Shown piece by piece: positions 10,393 through 19,879 of a DNA stretch of 64,000 nt. How positions within the stretch are numbered: the stretch's first letter is position 1; every line of letters starts with the position of its first letter. The position numbers and the translations under genes were made by a program. The notes beneath the pieces were generated by a model, which was not told where the DNA came from, ran no database searches, and worked only from the letters and a program-made list of their open reading frames with translations. Source of the stretch: an uncultured SAR86 cluster bacterium (GTDB lineage: Bacteria; Pseudomonadota; Gammaproteobacteria; Magnimaribacterales; AG-339-G14); NCBI GenBank assembly GCA_902570035.1, contig CACFWO010000006.1:33056-97055 (forward strand), given 5' to 3'.

Positions 10393-11443
10393 TCATCCTT
10401 TTAACTGATTTTTGAGCTTTATCTAAAATATTTTCCTCTAGTGATATTTCGTTATCTTTATTTACCAAGACATCTCTTAACTTAAGTAAATCATTCATAC
10501 CCATCCAAGGACAATATGCACAGGAAATACAAGTAGCTCCTTTCCCAGATGAAGGAGCTTGAAAAAATTCTTTGTTTGGATTTTGCAATGCCAATTGATG
10601 AAAGATCCCTGCATCAGTTGCCACAATTAATTTTAGGTTATTTGTTTTTTTAGCAAAATTTAAAATTTGTGAAGTAGATCCTACAAAATCTGAAATATTC
10701 AAAACTTTATCTGGACATTCTGGATGAGCCAGAATTAACGCATCAGAATGTAAATGCTTAAGGTTCATAATGCCCTCTAGTTTAAATTCTTCATGAACTA
10801 CACAGGATCCATCCCATATGATCATGTCTGCACCTGTTTCTTTTTGTATGTAATTTCCTAAATGCTTATCCGGAGCCCATATAAATTTTTTGCCTTCAGA
10901 CATAAGCCTATCCATAACATCCAAGGCGATGCTTGAAGTAACAACCCAATCTGCAATAGATTTAACTTCTGCTGAAGTATTAGCGTAAACAATAACTTCT
11001 CTATCAGGATGCTGATCCTTAAGCAGTTGTAAATCCTCTGCTTTACAGCCCAAATCAAGCGAGCATGTTGCTTGCAGAGTCGGCATGAGAACAGTTTTAT
11101 CTGGCGATAAAATTTTTGCAGTCTCTCCCATGAATTTTACCCCGCAAACAACTAATGTATTTGATTCTGTATTGGCACCAAATTTAGCCATATCTAAAGA
11201 ATCGGCAACGCATCCATCAGTATCTAAAGCTAAATCTTGTATAGCTGGATCTGTGTAGTAATGAGCTATCAATAAAGCATTATTTTTCTTCAAAAGATTT
11301 CTAATTTCTGACTGCAACTCATACTTTTCTTCGTCTTCATATCTTAATCCAGAAATTTTTTTAAGATGCTCTTGCCTTAGCGACTTGGAAATAAAATTAC
11401 TACTGTCCATGTAATTGATTGTTTTTACTGTTCCTGCCCCCAT
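10379..11443 (-). CDS. nadA: Quinolinate synthase
   Basis: Motifs IAHYY, CGVKFMGETAKIL, TCSLD, YANTSA, CVVHEEF, AHPEC, CAYCPWM. Start may instead be ATG 11410. Confidence 0.96.
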   Translation of the reverse strand: MGAGTVKTINYMDSSNFISKSLRQEHLKKISGLRYEDEEKYELQSEIRNLLKKNNALLIAHYYTDPAIQDLALDTDGCVADSLDMAKFGANTESNTLVVCGVKFMGETAKILSPDKTVLMPTLQATCSLDLGCKAEDLQLLKDQHPDREVIVYANTSAEVKSIADWVVTSSIALDVMDRLMSEGKKFIWAPDKHLGNYIQKETGADMIIWDGSCVVHEEFKLEGIMNLKHLHSDALILAHPECPDKVLNISDFVGSTSQILNFAKKTNNLKLIVATDAGIFHQLALQNPNKEFFQAPSSGKGATCISCAYCPWMGMNDLLKLRDVLVNKDNEISLEENILDKAQKSVKRMIDFV

Positions 11444-11471
11444 TATAAATGAGTAATATGATTTTGAATAA

Positions 11472-12023
11472 ATGAATGATTCCTTGAGAAATAAGTTCCT
11501 ATATTATTCTCCTACAGAATATGAAGAAAAAGACTATTTTGCTGATTCATTAATATATGTATGTGAGAACAATGAGGGAGGATCCGTAGGTCTAATCGTC
11601 AATAGGTCAATAGATGTCAAAATAGATGATAATTTTTTAGATGTCAAAGAAAAGAAACATTTTAATCAGAAAATAGCTCTAGGTGGGCCAGTAGAGTCCA
11701 CTTCTATTTTTGTACTTCATACAATAGATAAAGTTAATAAGCCTGATGTTCGGGTAACAAATGAGATAGGTTTTTCATCAAATAAACAGGTAATAGAAAA
11801 TATCCTGAAGGGAAAGTTTCCGAATAAATTTATTGTTTCTTTTGGATATACTGGATGGGGTCCAAATCAGCTAGAAAATGAAATAGCACAGAATGCATGG
11901 GAAATAACTGATGCCCATCAAGAAATTCTTTTTGATACGCCCAATAATTTAAAAATTAATAAATTAACTGAAGTTAGTGGTTTTGATCCTAGAATAATCA
12001 ATCAAACTCAAGGTAGTTCATGA
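11472..12023 (+). CDS. yqgE: YqgE/AlgH family protein
   Basis: Motifs GSVGLIVNR, GGPVE, GYTGWGPNQLENE. Confidence 0.88.
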   Translation: MNDSLRNKFLYYSPTEYEEKDYFADSLIYVCENNEGGSVGLIVNRSIDVKIDDNFLDVKEKKHFNQKIALGGPVESTSIFVLHTIDKVNKPDVRVTNEIGFSSNKQVIENILKGKFPNKFIVSFGYTGWGPNQLENEIAQNAWEITDAHQEILFDTPNNLKINKLTEVSGFDPRIINQTQGSS

Positions 12024-14023
12024 AATTAAAATTTTTTATTCTAATTTCGCTTTTCTTTAGTTTGCTTGCTCAGGCAACACTATCCATAAATGACAGTCAT
12101 TCAAAACTAAATTTCTACTCTGAGAGTAATGAAATTAATGCCAATTCAGAAAACATTTTAACTATAGAAATTAGTATGGATAAGGGTTGGCATACTTATT
12201 GGATCAATCCAGGGGACTCAGGTGATCCTGCTGAGTTTGAATGGGAACTTCCTGAGGGATTTCAAATCAGTGGACCGATCTGGCCAAGTCCAGACAAAAT
12301 TCCTTTCCCGCCTTTAATGACCTTTGGGTTTGACGATCAAGTACTATTTCCTTTTATTCTTAAAACTCCAAAAATCATTCCCAAACAATTCGAAATAGGT
12401 CTACAAGCAAATTGGCTTGTTTGTAAAGAAATATGCATACCTCAATCCGGATCAGGGAAAATCAAATTCCCCTATCAAAATGTAAATTCTCTGAGCAACG
12501 AACAATTAAAAGAAATTAAAACGCGAACCGTCCAAAAGATAAACCTTAAAAACTTTAAAGTGATGTCTGGCAAGAACTTTGAGACATTCAATTTATCTTT
12601 TGATTTTCCATCAAATATTTATGAATCTTATTTTTTTCCTTATGAGTATGGATTTATAAATTATGCTGAACCACAAAATTTATCGAAAATTGATAATTCT
12701 TATAATTTGGAAATTCAAAAAGCTATTGATAATAAAGAACTTAATTTTTTATCCGGAGTTTTAAATATCAAGACTCAAGATGGTGTTTTTAATTATGAAA
12801 TCAAAAGCGATAGCAAAGTCCTTTTTCAAGAAAGTAACATTAATGAAATCTCTTTTTTCACAGCTCTGTTGTTTGCATTGATCGGTGGGCTTATTCTGAA
12901 TTTGATGCCTTGTGTCTTTCCTGTTCTATCTCTAAAAATATTTAACTTTATTGAAAAATCTGATTCCCCGAAAGAAGTTAAAGCTCATGGCTTAATCTTT
13001 GCTGCTGGAGCAATACTCACATTTTTATTAATTTGCAGCCTAATTTTATTATTCAAATATTTTGGAGTTCAGGTTGGCTGGGGATTTCAACTCCAATCGC
13101 CTATTTTCCTCACCTTGTTAATTTTCTTATTTATCTTTTTATCTGGTTTTTTCATTTCGTCTCTAAATCTTAATGTAGCTTTTACTGGTAATGCAGTTTC
13201 AGGTTCATCTGGATACTCAAGTAGTTTCTTTACAGGGTTCCTTGCTGTAATAGTAGCAACTCCTTGCACGGCTCCCTTCATGGGTTCGGCACTTGGTTTA
13301 GCACTGCTTCAACCTAGTTATCAAACTTATCCAATTTTTTTGTCTTTAGCATTAGGTTTTTGTCTCCCCTATCTTGTTCTTAGTTTCAATCCTAAATTAA
13401 TTTCTTTTTTGCCGAAACCAGGGCCTTGGATGGAAAATCTGAAACAATTTATGGCTTTTCCAATGGGATTGACTGCTATTTGGTTATTCTGGATATTATC
13501 AGCTCAGCTGAATAGATTTGACTTATCTCTAGTTTTAATTGGATCCCTAGTCACAATCTTCATAATTTGGCTATCTAACCTTAAAAAATCAGAAAGTCAT
13601 TTTGTTAATAGAGTAAAAACTTTACTAATCATTCTATCGATCGTTTCATTAACTTTTTTTGTTCCTATAAGTTCAAGTTCTGAGGAAAGCTCAAAAGTTG
13701 AAACAATAACTCATTCAAATGATTTTGAATTTCAGAATCCTACTTTTGTAAATTTTACAGCTGACTGGTGTATTACTTGCAAAGTGAATGAAGCCCGGGT
13801 ATTAAAATCTTCGACTATTTTAGAATATTTAGATACAAATAAAATTGATTACATTGTTTACGATTGGACTGAAAGGAATGAAAATATTTCAACTGTTCTT
13901 GAAAGTTATGGAAGAAGCGGTGTTCCTTTGTATTTATTATTTAAAGGCGATGGAACTGATGCCATAATACTTCCAGAAATACTTACAGAAACTATGGTTT
14001 TAAATGCTTTGAGAAAATTATGA
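12020..14023 (+). CDS. DsbD/ScsB-type membrane thiol:disulfide electron transporter
   Basis: N-domain GWHTYWINPGDSG and WLVCKEIC; membrane domain LNLMPCVFPVL and ATPCTAPFMG; C-terminal thioredoxin FTADWCITCK. Confidence 0.9.
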   Translation: MKLKFFILISLFFSLLAQATLSINDSHSKLNFYSESNEINANSENILTIEISMDKGWHTYWINPGDSGDPAEFEWELPEGFQISGPIWPSPDKIPFPPLMTFGFDDQVLFPFILKTPKIIPKQFEIGLQANWLVCKEICIPQSGSGKIKFPYQNVNSLSNEQLKEIKTRTVQKINLKNFKVMSGKNFETFNLSFDFPSNIYESYFFPYEYGFINYAEPQNLSKIDNSYNLEIQKAIDNKELNFLSGVLNIKTQDGVFNYEIKSDSKVLFQESNINEISFFTALLFALIGGLILNLMPCVFPVLSLKIFNFIEKSDSPKEVKAHGLIFAAGAILTFLLICSLILLFKYFGVQVGWGFQLQSPIFLTLLIFLFIFLSGFFISSLNLNVAFTGNAVSGSSGYSSSFFTGFLAVIVATPCTAPFMGSALGLALLQPSYQTYPIFLSLALGFCLPYLVLSFNPKLISFLPKPGPWMENLKQFMAFPMGLTAIWLFWILSAQLNRFDLSLVLIGSLVTIFIIWLSNLKKSESHFVNRVKTLLIILSIVSLTFFVPISSSSEESSKVETITHSNDFEFQNPTFVNFTADWCITCKVNEARVLKSSTILEYLDTNKIDYIVYDWTERNENISTVLESYGRSGVPLYLLFKGDGTDAIILPEILTETMVLNALRKL

Positions 14024-14601
14024 AAAAAATAATCATCCTACTCTTACTCTTATCTTTCAATGCTTCAGCTTTAAATATCAAAGATATAAAATTTTTAAAT
14101 TCAGAAGGAAAAGAGGTTGATATTTCTCAAATTGACTCTGAAATCATTTTTGAATGGTCAAATCTCGAATGTCCCTACGTTAAAAGGCATTACGGATCAA
14201 ATAATATGCAAACTACCCAAAAGTTTGCCAAAAGTAAAAATGTGATTTGGATTACAGTGATTTCGTCTGCTGAAGGTAAACAGGGATATATTCAACCAAA
14301 CGATGCTGTGAATACTTTTGCATCTTTTGGAAGTTTTCCTGATCATATTTTGGTTGATAAGAATGGTGACCTGGGTAAAAAATTTAATGCAAAAACCACA
14401 CCTCATATTTTTATTGCTGATAAAAATAAAGACATTGTTTATCAAGGTGCGATTGATGATGCTGGAGGTATAAGGTTTTGGACAACAGACTTAAATCAAT
14501 CTATTAATTTTGTAAAAAAAGTTGTAAATGATATTAAGTCGAACAAACCTCTATCTGTTTCAAAAACAAGACCTTACGGTTGTTCAGTCAAATACGGATA
14601 A
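14020..14601 (+). CDS. Exported peroxiredoxin-like redoxin (PRX-like/thioredoxin fold)
   Basis: Signal peptide; motifs ECPYV, AKTTPH, YQGAIDD, C-terminal PYGCSVKY; coupled to the DsbD/ScsB gene. Confidence 0.85.
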   Translation: MKKIIILLLLLSFNASALNIKDIKFLNSEGKEVDISQIDSEIIFEWSNLECPYVKRHYGSNNMQTTQKFAKSKNVIWITVISSAEGKQGYIQPNDAVNTFASFGSFPDHILVDKNGDLGKKFNAKTTPHIFIADKNKDIVYQGAIDDAGGIRFWTTDLNQSINFVKKVVNDIKSNKPLSVSKTRPYGCSVKYG

Positions 14602-14602
14602 T

Positions 14603-15115
14603 TTAGGCAACTATATAGTCTCTCCACATATCGTCTTTGTACTCGATTTGAGAGTTTTGGCCTTTTAACAATGCTTTATAACTTGGTTTTATTGCCACAG
14701 GTGAAGAGTCTAAAGATTTATCAGCTTTAGCAATATTGCAATCTTTGCATGCTGTTACGACATTCTCCCAACTCGATTCCCCTCCTTTTGATTTTGGAAT
14801 TATGTGATCTATGGTTAATTCCTTTCTTTGAAAGACTTCTTTGCAATATTGGCATGTGAACATGTCCCTGAGAAAGACGTTGGATCTTGAAAATTTTACG
14901 TGATTTGTATACTTGTAATATTTCCTCAACATAATAATGCTTGGGACTTTTAGTTTCATGCTGGGTGAATGAACGAACCAATCTGGATGCTCTCTAACGA
15001 TTATGACGTTTCTGGTAACGACTAACTTGATGGCAGTTTTCCAATCTACAACAGATAAAGGAAAGTAGCTTATTGGCTTTCCGTTTCCATTGAGTAACAA
15101 GCAATCCTGTGACAT
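14603..15115 (-). CDS. HNH endonuclease (McrA-like, stand-alone)
   Basis: FSRSNVFLRDMFTCQYC, LTIDHIIPKSKGG, WENVVTACKDCN. Confidence 0.9.
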   Translation of the reverse strand: MSQDCLLLNGNGKPISYFPLSVVDWKTAIKLVVTRNVIIVREHPDWFVHSPSMKLKVPSIIMLRKYYKYTNHVKFSRSNVFLRDMFTCQYCKEVFQRKELTIDHIIPKSKGGESSWENVVTACKDCNIAKADKSLDSSPVAIKPSYKALLKGQNSQIEYKDDMWRDYIVA

Positions 15116-15157
15116 TGATTTAATATGTCATAGTCAAAAAAATTTGCAATAGTCTCA

Positions 15158-15175
15158 TCTTTGAATATTCAAAGA
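15158..15175. promoter_or_regulatory. Perfect 18-bp palindrome TCTTTGAATATTCAAAGA, candidate operator between the divergent HNH and pyrB genes
   Basis: Dyad symmetry read directly from the sequence; function unknown. Confidence 0.45.
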
Positions 15176-15206
15176 ATTTACAATCTTTCAATGTTAGAAT
15201 GTATAG

Positions 15207-16223
15207 ATGGAGTTTCTTGGCAATCATATCCTCTCCATAGATCAGTTTGATAAAGACGATATCGTTAAAGTTTTTTCAATAGCTGAAAAAATGATCCCAT
15301 ATGCAAACCGAGAGAAAAAAACTAGAGTCCTTCAAGGAGCTATTCTCAGTAATATGTTCTTCGAAGCCAGCACAAGGACAAGAATTAGCTTTGGAAGTGC
15401 TTTTAATCTATTGGGTGGAGAAGTAAGGGAAACTACCGGCATTGAAGCTTCCTCGCTAGCAAAAGGTGAGTCTTTATACGATACTGCCAGAGTATTAAGC
15501 GGCTATAGCGATTTAATAGTCATGAGGCATCCTGAAAAAAATTCTGTCCAGGAATTTTCAGAGGCCTCAAGAGTTCCTGTAATCAATGCAGGAGATGGAG
15601 AAAATGAACACCCTAGTCAAGCTCTATTAGACTTATTCACCATCAAACTTGAACTAGAATCTAAAGGTAAGTCCATTGACGGAAGCAACATTGCTCTTGT
15701 TGGAGATTTAAAATTTGGAAGAGCTGTTCATTCTCTCTGTAAGGCATTAAATTTATTTGAAAATATATCCTTCAACTTAATATCGCCTGAACAATTAAAA
15801 CTTCCTCCTGAAATTAGACAAGATCTAGTCTATAACGGAATGAAAATAAATGAATTCAATTCAATAGAGTCCGGTATTGGTGATGTAGATATTATTTATG
15901 TCACCAGACTCCAAGAAGAAAGATTTGATTCTCCTAAAGAGGCTAATAAATACAAAGGCCTTCTTAAACTAAATCAAAATATCTATACCGAAAATTGTGA
16001 GCCAAATACAGTCATCATGCATCCGCTTCCAAGAGACTCTCGTCCTGATGCTAATGAACTTGATACTGATATGAATGAAAATCCTAACCTAGCCATATAC
16101 AGGCAAACGGATAATGGTCTTCTCGTTCGAATGGCTTTGATCTCTCTTATTCTTGGAGTTGATCAAACTCTATCGGATTATGACGAAGATATTTCGTGGG
16201 TATCGAGTAAAAAATCTAACTGA
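15207..16223 (+). CDS. pyrB: Aspartate carbamoyltransferase catalytic subunit
   Basis: [54 protein letters not shown]. Confidence 0.96.
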   Translation: MEFLGNHILSIDQFDKDDIVKVFSIAEKMIPYANREKKTRVLQGAILSNMFFEASTRTRISFGSAFNLLGGEVRETTGIEASSLAKGESLYDTARVLSGYSDLIVMRHPEKNSVQEFSEASRVPVINAGDGENEHPSQALLDLFTIKLELESKGKSIDGSNIALVGDLKFGRAVHSLCKALNLFENISFNLISPEQLKLPPEIRQDLVYNGMKINEFNSIESGIGDVDIIYVTRLQEERFDSPKEANKYKGLLKLNQNIYTENCEPNTVIMHPLPRDSRPDANELDTDMNENPNLAIYRQTDNGLLVRMALISLILGVDQTLSDYDEDISWVSSKKSN

Positions 16224-17478
16224 CTTTTGGAAGATCGTTCCAAGAAGTTGTATATCTAGGTGATTGGATCTCTCTCTTCATTGACCATTTTCTCTTAATC
16301 CCCTGAGCTAAGAAATAAACCGGCGGTAATCCCTTCTTATTTATTTTATCTATGGTATTCATGAGTTGATCGCTGTGTAAGGTCCTTTCTTTAGGGTAAA
16401 AAAAATCATACTGCTGAATTTGATCATCGTAAAAATCTGAAAGTAATATTCCTGCCTTTATATAATTAAAACCCGATCTATATATGGCTCTGAGGCTCTT
16501 TTTTGCATTTTGAATAATATCTCTAGTATCGCTAGTTGGAGCAATCATCCTAGTTGTTCCTGAATTTCTATATTGCCGATCTTGCGTCCTGAAAGGATTT
16601 GTTCTGATAAAAACAGAAACATAAAGGCATCTTCTATTTTCCCTTCTAAGCTTAGCTGCTGCTCGTGCTGCATAGTCGCTTACCGCCTCTTCTAAAGTCC
16701 TCAAATCATCTACCTTTTTACTAAAGGTTCGACTAACCACAATTTGTTTTTTTGCAGATGGCTGGTCTTCGAGGCCAATGCAAGGTTCCCCCCTAAGTTC
16801 TCTGACTGTTTTTGCCAGAACTATGTTGAAGTTATTTCTTACGTATTTTGTATCTATCATTGCAAGATCTAGGGCAGTCCTAATACCAATTTGGTTTAAT
16901 CTTTTGTGAATCTTTCTGCCTACTCCCCAGACTTCTTGGACAGGCACCAAATTTAATAGTTTTTTTTGTCTTTCCGGTTTAGATAAATCCACTACTCCTT
17001 GCGTGGCTGGATAATATTTGGCTCCATAACTTGCTATTTTAGATAAAGTTTTAGTTGGAGCGATGCCTACTCTTACGGGCATTCCCGTCCATTGTTTGAT
17101 TGTTTCTTTGCATTGCATTCCAAAATCCTGCAAATTTTGACAATTATTAACTCCCGTTAAATCTAGAAAGGCTTCATCAATACTGTAGATTTCTATATTA
17201 GGAGATAGTCGTTCCAGCGTTGTCATTATGCGTGCCGATATATCGGCATAAAGCTCATAATTAGAAGAAAAGGCATAACCTCCTTTTTTGGTATAAGAAG
17301 ACTCAATCTGATACCAAGGATCACACATCTTAATACCAAGATTTTTGGCCTCTTTTGAGAGAGCCACTACACAGCCGTCATTATTTGATAAAACGACCAC
17401 TGGTTTATTTTTTAGATCTGGTCTAAAAACTCTCTCGCAAGAAGCATAAAAGCTATTGCAATCTACTAAAGCAAACAT
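16216..17478 (-). CDS. umuC: Y-family DNA polymerase V subunit UmuC
   Basis: [39 protein letters not shown]-terminal WSMKR...SPRYTT. Confidence 0.96.
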   Translation of the reverse strand: MFALVDCNSFYASCERVFRPDLKNKPVVVLSNNDGCVVALSKEAKNLGIKMCDPWYQIESSYTKKGGYAFSSNYELYADISARIMTTLERLSPNIEIYSIDEAFLDLTGVNNCQNLQDFGMQCKETIKQWTGMPVRVGIAPTKTLSKIASYGAKYYPATQGVVDLSKPERQKKLLNLVPVQEVWGVGRKIHKRLNQIGIRTALDLAMIDTKYVRNNFNIVLAKTVRELRGEPCIGLEDQPSAKKQIVVSRTFSKKVDDLRTLEEAVSDYAARAAAKLRRENRRCLYVSVFIRTNPFRTQDRQYRNSGTTRMIAPTSDTRDIIQNAKKSLRAIYRSGFNYIKAGILLSDFYDDQIQQYDFFYPKERTLHSDQLMNTIDKINKKGLPPVYFLAQGIKRKWSMKREIQSPRYTTSWNDLPKVS

Positions 17479-17485
17479 CTCTTAA

Positions 17486-17893
17486 TCAAAATTGATTGAT
17501 GGCAGCCAACACAACGCCAATTATTTCAAAATCTTCCTTTTTATCTATTTTAATAGGCGGATACTTAATATTTTCTGCGACCAATCTAGGCTCAGGATAA
17601 AGTTGTAATCGCTTACAGGTATAAGATCCGTCGACCGAAGCGATGACTATCTTGCCGTCAGTTGGCTCGATACTTCGGTCGACTATTAAAATTGCATCGT
17701 TATGTATACCCACGTTAATCATAGAATCGCCAGCAGCTCTTAAGAAGTAGGTCGCAGCTGAATTCTTTATCAGGTACTCATTTAAATCTATTGATCTCTC
17801 TACGTAATCATCTGCAGGACTAGGCCAACCAACAGCAATTTTGTCATTGAAAAGAGGCAGATTTACCCTGCGCTTTTGATCTTCAGATATCAT
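17486..17893 (-). CDS. umuD: DNA polymerase V subunit UmuD (S24 peptidase)
   Basis: GWPSPADDY, GDSM (catalytic Ser), TCKRL (catalytic Lys); directly upstream of umuC. Confidence 0.94.
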   Translation of the reverse strand: MISEDQKRRVNLPLFNDKIAVGWPSPADDYVERSIDLNEYLIKNSAATYFLRAAGDSMINVGIHNDAILIVDRSIEPTDGKIVIASVDGSYTCKRLQLYPEPRLVAENIKYPPIKIDKKEDFEIIGVVLAAINQF

Positions 17894-17919
17894 TCGCAAA
17901 AATAAAAAAATAAATTAAG

Positions 17920-17939
17920 TACTGTATAAATATACAGTA
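17920..17939. promoter_or_regulatory. LexA (SOS) box TACTGTATAAATATACAGTA
   Basis: Near-consensus gammaproteobacterial CTGT-N8-ACAG box 26 bp upstream of the umuD ATG; overlaps a TATACT -10 on the minus strand. Confidence 0.93.
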
Positions 17940-17967
17940 TATTGCTTAATAATAAAAGTAGGCTTAT

Positions 17968-18483
17968 CTAGATTATTTTTGCTACTTTGACTGCAGATGA
18001 AGATCCCCACCCTACAATTTTCATCCAGAAGTTTAGAAGGATACCAGGAGTAGACCTTTTTTTAATTGCGGACTCATTTTTATGCTCAATCTCATCATCC
18101 TGACAAGATTGGAGGAGATTTATAAGGGCTTGATCGGGGTCATTCTGTGCCCTTAAGTATTTGAGTTGTTCTTCGTAATGATCTTCTACAAAAGACTCAA
18201 CTGCTTCGATTGTTGCAAAAACTATTCTAGGCCCAAAGAGAGAAGGAAGAAAACCCAGAAGATAGCCAGCAACTTTCCAAATGCTAACTAACTTGCTTCT
18301 TTTGCTTGCCGGAAGAACTTCTTCTATCTTTCGTAAATGTTCTTTTTCTGTCTCTAAATGTCTTTTTGAAAACTCAACCAAAGCCGGGTCTTTAGCAATG
18401 GAGAGAATCCCTTTATATATGTAAACAGCGCCTACTTCGCCAGCATGATCAGAGCGAAGAAAAGATTCAAGCAATTTATTCAT
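17968..18483 (-). CDS. coq7: Demethoxyubiquinone hydroxylase (Coq7 family di-iron protein)
   Basis: LRSDHAGEVGAVYIY, ExxH (EKEH), VESFVEDHYEEQ, DDEIEH. Start reassigned to ATG 18483 because the ORF-track extension runs into the tRNA. Confidence 0.85.
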   Translation of the reverse strand: MNKLLESFLRSDHAGEVGAVYIYKGILSIAKDPALVEFSKRHLETEKEHLRKIEEVLPASKRSKLVSIWKVAGYLLGFLPSLFGPRIVFATIEAVESFVEDHYEEQLKYLRAQNDPDQALINLLQSCQDDEIEHKNESAIKKRSTPGILLNFWMKIVGWGSSSAVKVAKII

Positions 18484-18527
18484 CGAAGAATAATATCTGT
18501 AATTTGTCTTATAAGATAATTCTAAAA

Positions 18528-18604
18528 TGGTAGACACGCCCGGACTCGAACCGGGGACCCCTACCATGTCAAGGTAGTACTCTAACCAACTGAGCTACGT
18601 GTCT
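18528..18604 (-). tRNA. tRNA-Val(GAC)
   Basis: AGACACG/CGTGTCT acceptor stem, anticodon arm CTACC-TTGACAT-GGTAG, GGTTCGAG T-loop, encoded CCA. Confidence 0.96.
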
Positions 18605-19862
18605 ATATATTTCTGGGGAGGAATTCTAGCACAGTTGCATTGATGCAATATCTAGGAAGTCCATTAGGCCCATCCTGAAAAACGTGTCCGAGATGAATTC
18701 CTGAAGATTTAGATTTAATTTCAACCCTAGTCATTCCATAACTGTAGTCCATGTGCTCTGTAACCGACCCATCTACTGGTTTAGTAAAAGATAACCATCC
18801 CGTTCTGGAATTAAATCTATCTTTTGTATCAAAAAGAGGAGCTCCACTGAGCTTATCAATAAAAACTCCCTCCGGAGTATCTTTAAATAACTCATATTCT
18901 TTGCAAAAGACTGGATCCGTTCCTTGATTAAAAGCAACGCTATAGGCTTCACTTTCTCCTAATTTAAAAATACCAAGAGCCTTATAGAAGTTTTCTCTTT
19001 GCACAAATCCTTGAAGAGAAAATTTCTCAACTCCATCTTCAATAAAAAAGATAGTTGGTGTAGCCCAAGTAGGAGATGATAATTGAAGATCATGCAATTC
19101 TGAGGAATATCTATAATGTAAAGGGATTGAACCCTCATAATCAGATAAAACTTCATTTTTAAGCTTAGTGCAGTAAGGACAAAATTCTGAATCCAAAACT
19201 AAAATGAACTTTCCAGCAAGTAAATAACTGTTATCGATCTTAGGTTTTTCAACCTCTTTAAAAACAATACCGGTTGAATGATCTGGACAGTAGCCATTAG
19301 GATTCTTAACTAAGTAATCTTGATGATATTCTTCTGCAGGATAAAACTTTTTCAACTTCTTTATATCTGTAACTATATCTCCATAACCTTCTTTTCTTAG
19401 CAGTATTTGATATTCATCTTTTAACTCAATGGATAACATTTCTTCGGATTGATCATTAAATAATATTAGAGATCGGTATTGAGTTCCTATATCGTTACCT
19501 TGTCTATTTTTTTGCGTTGGATCATGCAGTTCAAAGAAGAACTTAATTAGATCGGTTAAGGAAATTGAATTTCTATCGTATGTAACCTGGACAACCTCAG
19601 CAAAATTATCAGCATTGAATTTATTTTTAAACTTTGTAATTTCGGAGTATTTTGGCTCAAGACCGATTCCATCAGCGTAACCAGATTCAACGTTTATCAC
19701 TCCTGGTAATTCGGCAAATTTTTTTTCAACGCTCCAAAAACAACCGGCTCCAAAAACAATTCTGTCTTCATGAATAGTTATATTTTTTGAAGAAAAAGCA
19801 GTGGATGCAAAAATAGCTATCAAAAATAGTAAGGGCTTAAAGAGATTTGGCAAGCAAACCAT
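18603..19862 (-). CDS. msrAB: Exported methionine sulfoxide reductase fusion MsrA-thioredoxin-like-MsrB
   Basis: MsrA: GAGCFW, HDPTQ, DIGTQYRS, AEEYHQDY. Central CPYC...WATPT domain. MsrB: GWLSF, HLGHVF, RYCIN. N-terminal signal-like segment. Confidence 0.92.
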   Translation of the reverse strand: MVCLPNLFKPLLFLIAIFASTAFSSKNITIHEDRIVFGAGCFWSVEKKFAELPGVINVESGYADGIGLEPKYSEITKFKNKFNADNFAEVVQVTYDRNSISLTDLIKFFFELHDPTQKNRQGNDIGTQYRSLILFNDQSEEMLSIELKDEYQILLRKEGYGDIVTDIKKLKKFYPAEEYHQDYLVKNPNGYCPDHSTGIVFKEVEKPKIDNSYLLAGKFILVLDSEFCPYCTKLKNEVLSDYEGSIPLHYRYSSELHDLQLSSPTWATPTIFFIEDGVEKFSLQGFVQRENFYKALGIFKLGESEAYSVAFNQGTDPVFCKEYELFKDTPEGVFIDKLSGAPLFDTKDRFNSRTGWLSFTKPVDGSVTEHMDYSYGMTRVEIKSKSSGIHLGHVFQDGPNGLPRYCINATVLEFLPRNI

Positions 19863-19879
19863 TCGTAAGAAAAAGAGAA

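Noticed and set aside
18484-18567. N-terminal extension of coq7 in the ORF track
   Set aside because: It runs through the tRNA-Val gene; ATG 18483 fits the family start better.
14603-18604. Prophage or integrative element at tRNA-Val, including the HNH gene
   Set aside because: No integrase, phage structural gene or att duplication seen, and the housekeeping gene pyrB lies inside the interval.
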